From Paraglomus brasilianum (Eukaryota), in contig CAJVPI010000202.1 of the NCBI GenBank assembly GCA_910592345.1, positions 1-42,956 on the forward strand: 42,956 bases of DNA, written 5' to 3'. The notes under the pieces were generated by a model, which worked only from the letters and a program-made list of their open reading frames with translations, was not told where the DNA came from and made no database searches. Within the stretch, counting starts at the first letter, position 1. The number at the start of each line of letters is the position of its first letter. This document shows, one piece after another, positions 12,066-26,300 of the stretch. The position numbers and the translations under genes were made by a program.

Positions 12066-12459
12066 TATGATGTCTTTAATTTTGTAGCTGTGCTTTTACG
12101 ATTGCGGACTGTCGTTGACGGCAAATCTGCATTTTTAACCGTGATGAGGAAGGTTTAATATTAATCGACCCGTGCCTTATCTGGTATCTCATACGTGTAA
12201 CAATCTCAACCCATAAATACATCCGATCACCATTACGTCATGATATTAACTGTGGACGTTAACAAACTTCCTTTTAAAGCTCCAAATCAGCTGTTTTCTA
12301 GTATCGCAAATTCCAAGATCTGCCCAGTTTCAGCAGTTTCCTAATACAAAAAATTCTCCACAAAATTGGTAATAGTTGACGTTTAGGCGTGCGTCATCGA
12401 TGACTACTTTTTGGTGAAAGTTGTCCGTAAATTTTTTCACCTCATTAAACCTAGATCTC

Positions 12460-14367
<1,908 letters not shown>

Positions 14368-14639
14368 CAACGTTTTGTACGCACCATTCAAGTTCTTTTT
14401 GAAAATAAACTGTCATCAATTTTTTTTTAATTCTTCGTACTTATTGTTACGATGTACTGCAAGTTACCCCCTTTTGACTATGAGCCGTATAATTGAAATT
14501 TCTTTCTTTATTATATTGACAAAGGTTTAATTAGGCTGTTTAGTAAGTTATCCAGCTAATTGTTGAAACTGTTGACAGTCTACCATCCCGACCGGACTTT
14601 ATTTACGTCGGGATAAATTTTAATCGACTAAGACAATTC

Positions 14640-15195
14640 ACATTCCCAGGCTTTCCATCCAGATATCCTCTACACTGTTGCAGAGGAACTAACAAAACTT
14701 GAAGTGTTTGAATTCCATTTTTCAGATTATCCAGCATCAGATGACGTCGTTGTATGGTGTGACGCGATTAGCAAACTCATACAAAGCAAGAGGGATTATG
14801 GGTCTTGTTTCTCTCGCCAGATTTCGAATCTCCTCAGACTAGCTGGAAACTTATCTGAGAAGCGGTGTGTACGCAAGCCAATACTCTTAGAAGAATTGAG
14901 ATACAATTTGCAGAGGCTAATGATATATTCAGTGACCTGGTCACGTACTAATCTTTATGAAATTGAGTTACATTATTGCACTTTCTATCGCTAATATTAT
15001 TTACAACTGTCATCAGTTGCGTTCTCCCATCTTCTCATACCCTAAATTGTATTTGACGGAAATTAATTCTCATGGTATTGAAACATATTTAGAAAGTCTA
15101 AAAGTTCTTTCTGTAGGCGCATTATTCCTATACTAAATCAGGAGGAATAAAAATAGTCCTATGGATGACATTTTACCAGATGGTAGCATCAAAGG
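14640..15195 (+). pseudogene. Degraded gene fragment, possibly an F-box/LRR-type lineage-expanded family
   Basis: Protein-like frames (DILYTVAEELTKLEVFEFHFSD...DAISKLIQSK; YLESLKVLSVG) broken by stops, with no clear start; family assignment is by impression only. Confidence 0.3.
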
Positions 15196-16149
15196 TATTA
15201 TCAATGCAAACGTTCAACTCGTGTGCTCAGCAAAGCTTAAATGATTATGCCAATTGTATTGTTAACATTTCATACTAAATTGGTAAGGAATGTTGTTTTA
15301 ATTTAAAAGAAATAGGTGCAGTGATTATGTATGTACAATATATTACTTACTAGCATACCTATTCAAATGTGTCAACATTATTACCACGAGTAGACGTGAT
15401 TTTCGTAACCTGTCTAAGATAATCCACTGAATGCGGTAATAAAAAGGGATGGACCTATCCTCAAAAATACCGATATTAATATATCAATACGGATATTTGA
15501 TCTATTATCACATCACATTAAGGTTTTTAGATTGAGACATGAACAAGCTAAACCCATCGGTAATTTCGCAAAAGATGCCTTGGGCAGGATCGCAAAATCC
15601 TTATTATTATGTGGGTGGTAAGAAATATTTAGATATTCTAATTTATGGCATGACCGTGCGATTGCACGTAGACCTTTATCAGGCATTGCTCGAGGATGAA
15701 GGCTTATATAGTTTTCTTCACTACATAAATTGATTAGGGATTGATTCTGCTATTAGCTTTAGCGCTTTATCAGTAAAACCTGTACTTTTTCAAAATCAAA
15801 TGAATTGTATTTTATCTGAAAGTGAATGGTAGTATGGAATTCTAAGACGAGAGATTCGAGCTTTTACCTTTCACGTACTAATTTCGTAAAATTTTTTTCA
15901 ATCGAGAGCGTTCTTCCTTTTAGCTTGATGTCTCCCGAACAAATAATGTGGGGTTGTCTATCGCTAAGAAATATCCAATAGTTCTGGTATATTGATTGCG
16001 CCATGAATAATATACCGTTGTTCCACAAGAAAATGTAAAATCGTTAATTTTTCTATTATAGTCTTTTTTTTTTTTTTTTTGGAATACAAGTACCGAAAAA
16101 TGGTTAATATATTTCTAACATTAATGATATTGACGATACACGATCAACG

Positions 16150-17403
16150 TTTACCGTTGCGCAATCCATCATATTCCTCCGTGAAGGCGTCCTGGTCCCT
16201 AGCCTTCGCCACCAGCACCATAATCGACCCTTCTGCCTCGCTTCTAGCAGTGCCAGCTACTGCTCGAACGGTTTGAGCAGCTATTATAAAAAATAATAAA
16301 TAAAACAGTATGTCAATGTCGAGGTTAGTCTTTATATTGTTTTTTCTAGTCAAATGAGATTTTTATTTTCGATTCGAATATGTTATTATATTATAATTGC
16401 TCCAAGTTCCATTTAAAAAATAAGAATATTATACGTATGTATTACTAATTTTCCCAGTATGATTCTTGCACTTATGATTCTTGCACTGAAGTAAATACTG
16501 GGTTCTGCTGACGGTGGCCATGAGGTCGACACCACTATCACTGTTCGAGCTAATAACGCAAAAAAAATGAGTATTTGTGTCATAATAGTCAAGATCAGAA
16601 ACAAATCTCAATGATCAATATATCCTATTCACCACAGCCGGAGTAGGAGAAATTACCATCTCGACGGCTTTTTGGTAACAAAGAAGAACAGCTATTCAGA
16701 CACCATGTAACAAGGACCCTAAAGCGTTTCATATGTATCCTATTCACCACAGACAGCCGGAGTAGGAGAAATTACCATCTCAACGGCTTTTCGGTAACGA
16801 GAGTCGATATGTTTGCACCTCCTATGGTGCTTACCAAAACTCTGATTTACACCTAGTGGCAGCGTAACTTCAGACACATACACAATATGCTCAGCCTGAA
16901 CACAGTAACTTGCAAACTGTCACTTTTAATTCTTTGATTTACACCGAGTGGCAGCGTACCTTTGGATATAATAACCATTCTACAAATATTCAGTGAGATA
17001 CTCACCCAAACTTCCGCCTTGTATATACGCGGATGCCGCGCTGTGTGAGGATTTTTCCTACGGTCGCCTCGAACTCCGACCCACGCGCGGCATTGTCTCG
17101 TCGTTGTTTGGTGCTGGTCACTGCTGTGCTTTTTTCATCCGCGAGAGTATTCTTTCTTCTCTTTCGGGTCGACCCATTTCTTAGACAGTAGTTAGTGTTA
17201 TTATCATTATCATGCTTCACGTAGTTTATATTATATTTACGAAGAGTAATTTGATAATCTATGTGATTTCTGCGAGATAGTAGAGACTTGATATTCCCAT
17301 GGAAATCAAAAACGGGGATCGTTGATTTTAAGACTTTTGCTGGATATTTATTTGTCACATTCCCAAGGGATAGGCGAGGAAATTTTCTCCCGCGTTATTC
17401 CAT
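16150..17403 (-). pseudogene. Intron-containing Mrr-like (type IV restriction endonuclease fold, PD-(D/E)xK with QxK) gene, probably damaged
   Basis: Spliced core RGSEFEATVGKILTQRGIRVYTRRKFG|DSGVDLMATVSRTQYLLQCKNH(KCKNH)TGKI|TAQTVRAVAG...SIMVLV matches the Mrr_cat pattern (FE...G...DxGxD...QCK...VR). The in-frame upstream ATG (17403) is followed by GAA TAA; 3' end unresolved. Confidence 0.7.
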
Positions 17404-17842
17404 CCTATCACAAGCATCTTTGTGAAACCGAATGAATAATCTTTAGTAAAGAATACTAATACTAGTTTGCATCTTATAATCTGTAATTTAGATAGGAATG
17501 TCAGCAGTCAAATGCACCCTATCAAATAAATAAACGACTTGCATTTTACTGTATAATTATCTTAACATTCAACTTTTTCAATGTATCAGCAGAGAAAAGG
17601 CAAAGGTAGAAAATGGCATCCATATATCACTTGTCACATAATGTAGTCCCTAAAGTCGAGACGTAGAAATGAATAGTTGTGAACGTGACGTTCACCATCG
17701 CAAAATCTAACATCGTAGAGAAGGATAATTCATACTTTGAGTTTTCGTCCTTATTATTATGTAAATGGGTTCTATTTGCCACTATAAAATGTGAATTCCC
17801 ATGGTCGATCAATTAGTGAAACATGAAAAAATCTCTATTGTA

Positions 17843-18490
17843 TGGTGCACGCAGTCTAAAGCCACCACTATTTATCATGTGACTTCAAATGAATATAAAT
17901 AGAAAAAAAAACTGGATGAATATTTTTCTGTAAAATGATAGTTTATATGGTACTCTTTTATGTAACAGAAAGTTTTTTTAAATTGGATTACTGTAACATA
18001 AAATATATAAGTTCTTATATCAGTTATTTTACTAAGTTCGAAATAAATTTGGCCGGGACGGCACTACATAATGCGGGCCAAAATTTATAAACTGTCCGGA
18101 ATTAAAAATTCGATCAACCGTATTTTTAGCATGTGAATTTTAACGTGTAGATCTGCGTTTGCAGATAATCTCACTCGTAAAAATGCCACCAAAGAGACGA
18201 AAAGTTCAACTTGCAGCCGCACGAAAAAATAAAGCTTTAAAAAAATGCAATTAATGAAACTTTGCTAAATGATGATGATGAATTATTATCAGATTGTTAT
18301 AATTTTGATGATGATTGGCATGATGTTGAACTTGAAAATAATTAAGATCACATCGCAAAATGTAATTAATTATGTAAATTCTTAATAAAGCTATCGTCTT
18401 ACTAAAAATTCTTAATTGTTTCACGTGACTGAATTTATCGGAAATTTGGCCACAAAGCAAAAAAGTGGTGGCTTTAGACTGCGTGCACCA
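17843..18490. mobile_element. Non-autonomous DNA transposon with perfect 27-bp TIRs
   Basis: TGGTGCACGCAGTCTAAAGCCACCACT (17843-17869) and its exact reverse complement (18464-18490); internal broken ORF from 18183, MPPKRRKVQLAAARKNKALKK, followed by an acidic stretch. TSD not resolved. Confidence 0.88.
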
Positions 18491-18501
18491 CACGTATTCA
18501 T

Positions 18502-18743
18502 TATGTGAGCCGCAGTGATTTTGGTACCGTTGTGAAGCTGATTGTACTTTTCGAAAAAATAGCGATATATCCAGCCCCTTTATCTATGGTTCTATTAAAT
18601 GGCTACACATACGAAAACGTATGAAAATCATTTGTGTAGCATAAATATCCGTTACAGTAACTGTTTGAAATTTTGCACTATTTTTTTTCGAAAAGTGTAG
18701 CTAATTAGCTTCAAAAAATGCAAATTTTATTGCGGCTTACATA
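18502..18743. mobile_element. MITE with long imperfect inverted arms
   Basis: TATGTGAGCCGCA...TACTTTTCGAAAAAATAG versus CTATTTTTTTTCGAAAAGTG...TGCGGCTTACATA. Confidence 0.75.
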
Positions 18744-19591
18744 GTATGTACAGACAAAGAAAGGTTTTCGAAAAAAGGTTTTTCATATTAATATGTTTTA
18801 CTAATTGATCGACAAAAATCACGAATACTTTTGACTGAGTGTATAATAATAATGTATTACCATTAAACGTCATATGACAAAAGATTTTTATTAGAATGCG
18901 ATTTTTTGTTTACAGGTAAGATGAAATAAGCTCACATTAATATATAGTCACATCGTAACAAGGAATTTGGCATTCCATCTTTTTGTGATGTCAAAAGTTA
19001 ATGGATGCAAACAACGAGACTGCTAACAATAAGTCTGTTTATTTGAGTTAATAAAGAATTCGTACGATCATCGGGTTATATTCGGTTATAATTGTCCGAT
19101 ACTAGTGACATGCTAAATAGAATACAACAAAGTATCGTATAATGCGAATGATAATAATGTTGGAAGCAATTTCAATGCTGCTGTTGTTATCGGCACTTCA
19201 TATCGCATCCTTCAGTAGTATATTAATATTGCGGGTTTCATGGTATAATTGGAAATTTGTGCAAGTATTTCGTATTATAGTTCATATCCTCGTGCATCAT
19301 TGATATTTGGCAAGAGTGAATGATGAAGAAAGCTTGCGATTACGTTAAAATGTTGGGGACTTGGATAATATCAGAACGCGAAGTATTTAATGCTCCGTGT
19401 TAGCTAGTCGAATGCCGTAGTTTTATGTTACAGATTGCAAGTCTCGGTGACTATTAATATTAAAGACCCGCGAATAAATATTAGATGAGCTAAATAGAAT
19501 ATCGTTTGCTAAGAACCTACATTGCTTATTACTATTATTATTACTATATATATTTCCATCGTTTCACCATAGTAGTTCAATTTTCGATATT

Positions 19592-19592
<1 letters not shown>

Positions 19593-19645
<53 letters not shown>

Positions 19646-19646
19646 G
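19593..19646. repeat. (TTG)18 microsatellite
   Basis: Directly visible perfect run. Confidence 0.97.
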
Positions 19647-20022
19647 CTGTTCGTGTTATTTGATCAGTGTCAATATCTTTTGATGGGAGTTGCGTATCCT
19701 TCTCATTTTGTTAATGGCATTTAGTTTTTTTCTTGTAATGCAGTAAGAAAAGCTTGGAAGAAGTCACAAAGAGGACCACCTTTTTCCGACACCTTTTTTG
19801 AACGCCGCTAATACTAAGTCTCTCAATAACACAACGACCCCATAAATCAAACATCTATAATAACGTTCTTGTCCTCGATCTTCTTTCTTTGCTGCATTGA
19901 AAACCTACCCAGGCCAGGACTGGATGGTTATCGACAAGATCACTCATAAGGAATGTTTCAGAAAGTTTTACTATACTGTATATTAATTTCTTATTTATTT
20001 ACTATAGTAATAGACTTACAAA

Positions 20023-22131
20023 TTAAAATTCCATATCGTTGATGCTAGCGGCTAAATTAGGTAACTATTAGTAATTGTCCTTGAAACATGAAAGGTTAAA
20101 CGTAAGTAGACTTACCTCGTTTCTTATTTCTAACCTCTCTAAAAATTCCTTGAACAAAATTTTCGAAATACTTTATGTGGGGTTTGAGCGAAGTCTTTTC
20201 ATAATCTATTGATGCGATGAATTTCGTGAGATCAAATAACAGCGTGTTGACATGTTTGCACCTTGTTAACTCTACCATGAAGCTTCCGTTCTCCCTCTTC
20301 TTTAACACTGTATTTATTCAATTCGCATAGCAAGTCAGCTACTGTGGGCACTTCATGTGGATCAAAGTTCTCACACTTTTCGGGGTCGATTGGAACGCAG
20401 ACTCGTCCTGTGAAAGGAAAGCTATATTAACAAACATCGTGCAATACAAGTGATTGTTTCAATAAAGCTCTTGCCTGTTTTTGGATGTACACAAAATGGA
20501 CTTTTTAGCAAGTGATTTATGTGGGTTGACACATTTTCGTCCAGACGCGGATATGTGTATTGGAACATTATTTCTAGTTCTGCATTCTTAAGAGCATCAG
20601 CTCTTTTTTGATTCTTGTAATTAAGCACATCCTAATTATTAACATAATACGGAATATCCAAGTAGAATTACTGAGAAAATACCTTCTTTAGCGTTCCACA
20701 TGCATGATTCAATTCTGAGACCAAATCTGTCCACTTATCCGTAGACGTTCGCGATGGCGCAGCATTCCAGGCATCTGAAAGAGTCTTCCGTGTCTCTTGT
20801 AAACGAAATCGAACATTGTCATAATGCTACACATGAAGCCATTTATTCTAATATGCGATAGCATTATCTTTACCTTCGTCAGGTATGCATTGGAGAATCT
20901 TTCTCCATCCCTCTTCATCGTTCAGTAAGTCTTGATCTTCCAACACAATCTGGGAAAAATAGCTTCGTAATATGTCGGCGGACCGCCTGATTATCCAAGA
21001 CGGTCGAAACCCGTTAAATTACAGCTCGAATGTACAAACCAAACGGGTTATGATTATGACTTACTGTAATGAGGGATGCAATGCTTTCGGAAGGAATACT
21101 TTCTTGGCTTGTTGTGCACCACCCTATGGTGCTATAAAGATCAAAAAGTGCACCAACCAAATGATTAAAAATAGTAATAATAAGGCAATAATCTTACCTT
21201 TATCACCGAAAGATATGCAATGATAGCTGACCTTGCTTCATCGCTCAGCTTTCGCGCTCTCTCGTCGCAGATCCAGCAATGTACACCACGTCGACCAGAA
21301 TATACCCAAAGTAAATGCTTGAAGCCAAAATCATCTGTTCGTCAGAAAAATAGGCTCTTTATTAGTAGAAATAATCCGATAGATTAACAGAGTGTTAATA
21401 CCAACCTCGTAGTGCGCTATCCAAGATTTTAATAGCAATTGTCATAAACTGCCAGCACTTTATGCAGACATTGCCTCCACTGCAGAATATGGTATCAGAT
21501 AAATGAGATCCAATCAAGAATAATGTCACAAAGATACTAATAGTCATGGAACATTCGTTATCTTCACCTGCAGCATTTACGTATTTCATCATAATCAGTC
21601 ATATCAATATCGAACACTAGTTCCTTCTCAACTGGCACAAATGCTCCAGGTCGAGCTGTCTTCTTATCCTTTGGCTGATAATAACATACCTATATTAATA
21701 TGCAGATCTTGCAACGCATGAAATAATTGCTTTACGACCTGAATTCGTATAATGATAATTACCTTGATCGTATATACTGCTCCAATATCAATCTTTGATG
21801 GAAGCTCCTTTAGTAATTCTGCTTTTAATTCCTCATGACTGTTGAATGACTGGTATCGCACGTAGACATCGTTGGGCAGATTAAAACTAAATTCACGATT
21901 TATAAACGATTTTGTGGGGACTGCCGCAAGGATAGAAGGAAAAACCAATAAGCTATCTACGATCGTGAGCCCAATCGCAGATTAACATTGTCGACACATA
22001 CCCGTATCATAATTAAGCCAATGATAGTAAGTTTTGTATGGAAAAATTCGCTGATAGAAAATCCCCATCAGTTCATGAATTGGCATATCTCTCATATCAA
22101 GGCCTGTTCCTTGCGGTTGCGTAAGTTGCAT
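20023..22131 (-). CDS. PRI1: DNA primase small (catalytic) subunit, ~12 exons; start codon approximate
   Basis: [102 protein letters not shown]. Confidence 0.97.
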
Positions 22132-22250
22132 CGCAGATAGACTCTCTTCCACGGGCTGGAACTCGGCAGCATCGACTTGAGGTCAATTACGTGAAGTTAC
22201 AACGGGGAAGACAAAGTAGTTAGTATGAAGGTTTATTAAAATAACAATTG

Positions 22251-22357
22251 ACGCGTAAATGTAAGTTCTTGTGTCAACCATGCATATCATCTTCTGTCTT
22301 TATATCTGGTTCCATAATGAGGATAACGACAGGTTGTTCAACCAACTCGACGCGAAA
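22251..22357. promoter_or_regulatory. MCB/SCB-like boxes in the PRI1-YOP1 divergent promoter
   Basis: ACGCGT at 22251-22256 and ACGCGAAA at 22350-22357; CACGTG at 22373-22378. Confidence 0.55.
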
Positions 22358-22444
22358 TTTGTCCAGCAAAGTCACGTGATACAAGTATATCAATCAATCA
22401 AAAGTTGCATTGGGATGATTTTTCACGCTTTCCACTATACTACT

Positions 22445-23311
22445 ATGAGAACAATAGCAGACATTGAGGTGGAAAGCTCCACAAAAAAGAAACAAACTCG
22501 CCAACCATTGTCAGCTACAGCTTGTTTGGAAGAGGCGTTGACAAAGCTCGAGTTCAGTAGTCCGTTAAATCTATCACCGCTAACCGAGGTTATTCGACAA
22601 CAATTAGTATCGAGGATCTCTGAACTAGAGAAATGGTGTACTCAAACTCGGATGCATAGAACATTAGTACGGTGGGGTGTACCGCCTTTGTACGTGTTTC
22701 TGTTCTTTGCAGCATTGACTTTGATAACGATAAGGAGAATGTATGTAAGATCGGTTTATTTACTATGTAATTTAGTTGGAGTTGTATATCCAGCCTACAA
22801 ATCCATCAAAGCAATCGATCATGTGGGCCCTATTGAGGGAGAAGCCGCTGCTGAACAGAGACAATGGTTAACTTATTGGGCTATTTACGGATGGCTACAA
22901 GTGGCAGACTATTGGTCAAATTGGTTTCTCGAATTATTTCCAGGTTATAATTTCTTCAAGTTGGTTTTGTTATATTGGGCACAAAGCGATCGATCGAAAG
23001 GTGCAACATTGATTTTTGAGCACATTATAAAGCCGTTTATGCATAGACCAGCAAATAAAGACTTGAAGAAGCATCGACAAAGATTACAACCGCAGGCGTC
23101 TCAACAGAACCAGGCGCAGCAACGGCCATTCAATCAAAATGGTGAGAATGCTTGTGATGTTGATAGAACTGATCAGCCGTCTGTTACTTCTGCTCCAGAC
23201 ACTTATGTTGCGGAACCTTCTCCCGAGGAAATATGGCAAAGGGACGCATATTCCGACATGAGAAAAAATAACGTTAATATTAAGCCTTATAAGCTTGAAG
23301 GTGTATCATGA
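22445..23311 (+). CDS. TB2/DP1/HVA22 (YOP1/REEP) family protein, intronless
   Basis: LLCNLVGVVYPAYKSIKAID...QWLTYWAIYG...FPGYNFFKLVLLYW...GATLIFEHIIKPF; start taken at MRTIAD (uncertain). Confidence 0.88.
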   Translation: MRTIADIEVESSTKKKQTRQPLSATACLEEALTKLEFSSPLNLSPLTEVIRQQLVSRISELEKWCTQTRMHRTLVRWGVPPLYVFLFFAALTLITIRRMYVRSVYLLCNLVGVVYPAYKSIKAIDHVGPIEGEAAAEQRQWLTYWAIYGWLQVADYWSNWFLELFPGYNFFKLVLLYWAQSDRSKGATLIFEHIIKPFMHRPANKDLKKHRQRLQPQASQQNQAQQRPFNQNGENACDVDRTDQPSVTSAPDTYVAEPSPEEIWQRDAYSDMRKNNVNIKPYKLEGVS

Positions 23312-23396
23312 TTTTTTAGTAGTAAATGTCAGTAATGTATGATAGGTTTTGTTACTATTCTATACTATATGAAAGTTTTGTATTAATACAATTTAA

Positions 23397-26300
23397 TTAT
23401 TCAGAACGACTCTTCTTCAATTTTCGATTCATTTTTCCTGCTTCACTTGTATCACCAACGTCTTTATTATCCCTATCGGGATTTGTCCTCTAATAAAAAA
23501 AATAGTAATAGATTATTGTTATGTCGATTAACAATAAACTCAAATAGTAATAGTGCATTAACTAACCTTTTTGGTTTTCTTGTCAGGTTTGTTTAGCTGT
23601 TCTTCTGTGACCTCATCAATTTTCTTTACCTTTATACGGAAATCACGCGCTGTAGATCTCTTCATATACTGCATAAGGTTTGTCTACAAACAGCATAAAT
23701 AGTTAGACCTCAATACACCTTAAATTCAAATTCACCAAAAAGACAAACCTTTGATTTCTTGGATAGTTGGAGGATTGACTTCTCAAACTGTTCATGAGTA
23801 AAAACTGCACTGGGAACAAGCTTGGATTCTCTTGCGATTCGAGCCTATTAAATTAAGAACAATAAATGTTATCTTGTTTTATTAATACTATGCGTACAAT
23901 GTTTATCATACCTTTGTAGTCTTGCTCTTTCCCTTTCCGTTATTGCTTGTCTGTCTTCCTCCACTATTTAATTGACCGAACGCCATGAGAAGAGTGTAGA
24001 AGTTCTCAGTCAGCTGGTCACCAGTTAGTTTTATTATATCAACAAAGTGTGAAGGCGTGTCTCCGCCAGTCGCAATCATCTAAAAAAATCGATAACGTTA
24101 AATTAACTCTCTCTCCGAACTCTTCGATTAACCTTTGCTAACTATACTTACATGTTTAGTCAATGTTGCTAACACTTTATACGTTTTTATGAGACACTTG
24201 ATCAAGTGTTCAGCCGAAGATATTGGCAGGCTTGCTCGTTCCAAGGATACGATTGTGCGTATCATTATTTCAAGCTTTTTACATATAGGAGATACAGTCG
24301 ATGCCCCTTCGACTGATGCGATTGCGAAATATTTCAGAGCAAGAAAAAATGGCAGTTTGCTTTGACAGCGCAACAGTTTCATCTACATACCAGATCCCTT
24401 CAGTCGTCCTAAGCACCAATCAATATCATCCATAGTCTCCATTAAGAAAGTTATTAACACATTACAGACGTGTACTCCTGTTCTAGCATTTACGATGGCA
24501 TACTTTGGTTTAACAGCATTCGATTCGTATGCTTCCGCATCAATCTCACCCCACACTGTCAACACATCCTGTGCAAACTCGGCTGCAATGTTGAAGTCAC
24601 CGATGTCTTTTTCCAATTTAATTAGCAGGCTTACAAAGTTCTTAGCCAAGTTCGAATCGTCTATCTCACGATCCGAACAGAGGTCACGAAGCCATGCGAT
24701 TAATTGTTCCAAATGTTCTTTAGAGTTATTTTGATTGGGACGCTTAAGAAATTGTTTTGCAAACAAAGATAGCGTTTGACATAGACTTGAGGCTTCTCTT
24801 ATTAATGGAGTTTTTTCATCTATTGTTGTCATTATCAGACGCTGATAGGCAGGATATGAGTAGATTAATAACTAGTGCGCCGTTATAGCAGACTTATCAA
24901 AGGGGATATTATAACATACATGTGATATTACCTCAAATTCAACGATATATGCTCCAAGCCATCTATTCAGATCAGTGTGAGTAGTGTCTTCTTTCTCATC
25001 AGTTGGATATACCATTGAGAGAAATTCGACCAATTTCTCTGGCCAACGGGTAGCAACAGCTTCGGTTAAGAGTGTAAAACATTCGATAACTATGGCGAGA
25101 ATAGATTTACCCTATGATATCGAAGGCAAGTTATGGGAATTAAACAATGACCAATAATGCTAATGTAAACTTTTCCGCGATTTACATGCCTTCTCTTTTT
25201 TGTCGGATATATATAGAGTACTGATATTCTCGTTGTTCTTCCTTATGAATTCATTCATAAACACCTTTGCCATTGATACGCAATAGTTGAAGCTAGATAT
25301 GTCTTCAGAGTCAAGCCTAGACAATATCTAAAATAAAACAATAGCGAATTAATGACGAATAAAAAAAGAATCTGGGCAGTGATAAAGTTACCTCCGATAT
25401 TTTGTGATGAGCTGCTGTAGTGAGATATTTTACAAAGTCGGTATCACTCCTTAAGATCTTCTTCGCCTGATTCACAGTGGTGGTGCTACTGTCCTCAAAC
25501 GTGAATTGACATAATTCAGCTATGCACCGGAAGCTCAGTGTGGATATATCTATATTTGCTGTGAGCATTTTGCGTCCTTTCGTGAAGAATATAAAGGTGT
25601 GATCAGAATGATATTTTCAAGGGTAACGAGTGACGATGCAAATCTTTACCTTTGGTACTAATTGATTTCTCTTTGAGTATATCAAGCAATGCCATGTATC
25701 GCTTGAATAGTTTTGAGATGTTCTCTGCTGCATCCACGACGTTGTCATTACAGAAGTAGCAGTGCTCGATCATAGCCTATATGCAAAAAGGTGTTACTAC
25801 TAATCACAGTCGAAGTTTACTAATAAATACAATCCAATCAAAATTACCTCGTAACATCCTAGTAATAAAGAAACAATAATGTTATTTCGAATACCTTCGC
25901 TAGAAGTAATATTAAAATCGGCACAGGGGTCAACCGACAAATCAACCATATCAGATTTCGTCATTCTATCAGCGAGCAACTGCAGCTGATTTCTGCATTC
26001 TTTGAATTGTTCCTCCTCAAAGGTGTCTGTGTCATTGAGAATGCAAATGAATTAGACAAGTCTATGTAGCATAGCCATGGTTCTGCTCATTATATTTAAC
26101 CACTTGTTGATAAGTATCTTACCATTTTCGCTACAGTCTTTATTTTTTAACATCAATGCAATGGATTTGCTCAGGCATGAAAGTAGGTAAGGCAATGGCT
26201 CAATTATTGTTGGCTCATCGTTAGATGCATCAATACAAGTCTCGAGTTTAATTGTAGCATGAACACCTGTTTCCATTTCAAAATATTTCATAAACTACCA

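Noticed and set aside
12117..12126. GACGGCAAA as a PACE/Rpn4-like site upstream of RPT6
   Set aside because: Two mismatches to GGTGGCAAA and closer to the ERV14 start; not supportable.
15539..15775. Fragment faintly resembling kinase subdomain VIa (W..R...GIARG...FLH)
   Set aside because: Requires several frameshifts and lacks HRD/DFG; too weak to call.
16623..16962. Spaced direct repeats superficially like a CRISPR array
   Set aside because: Only two copies each of two unrelated repeats, eukaryotic context, no cas genes.
24242..24250. Minus-strand GTATCCTTG resembling a U12 donor in FANCI
   Set aside because: Lies inside an open exon (IVSLER); no intron is needed.
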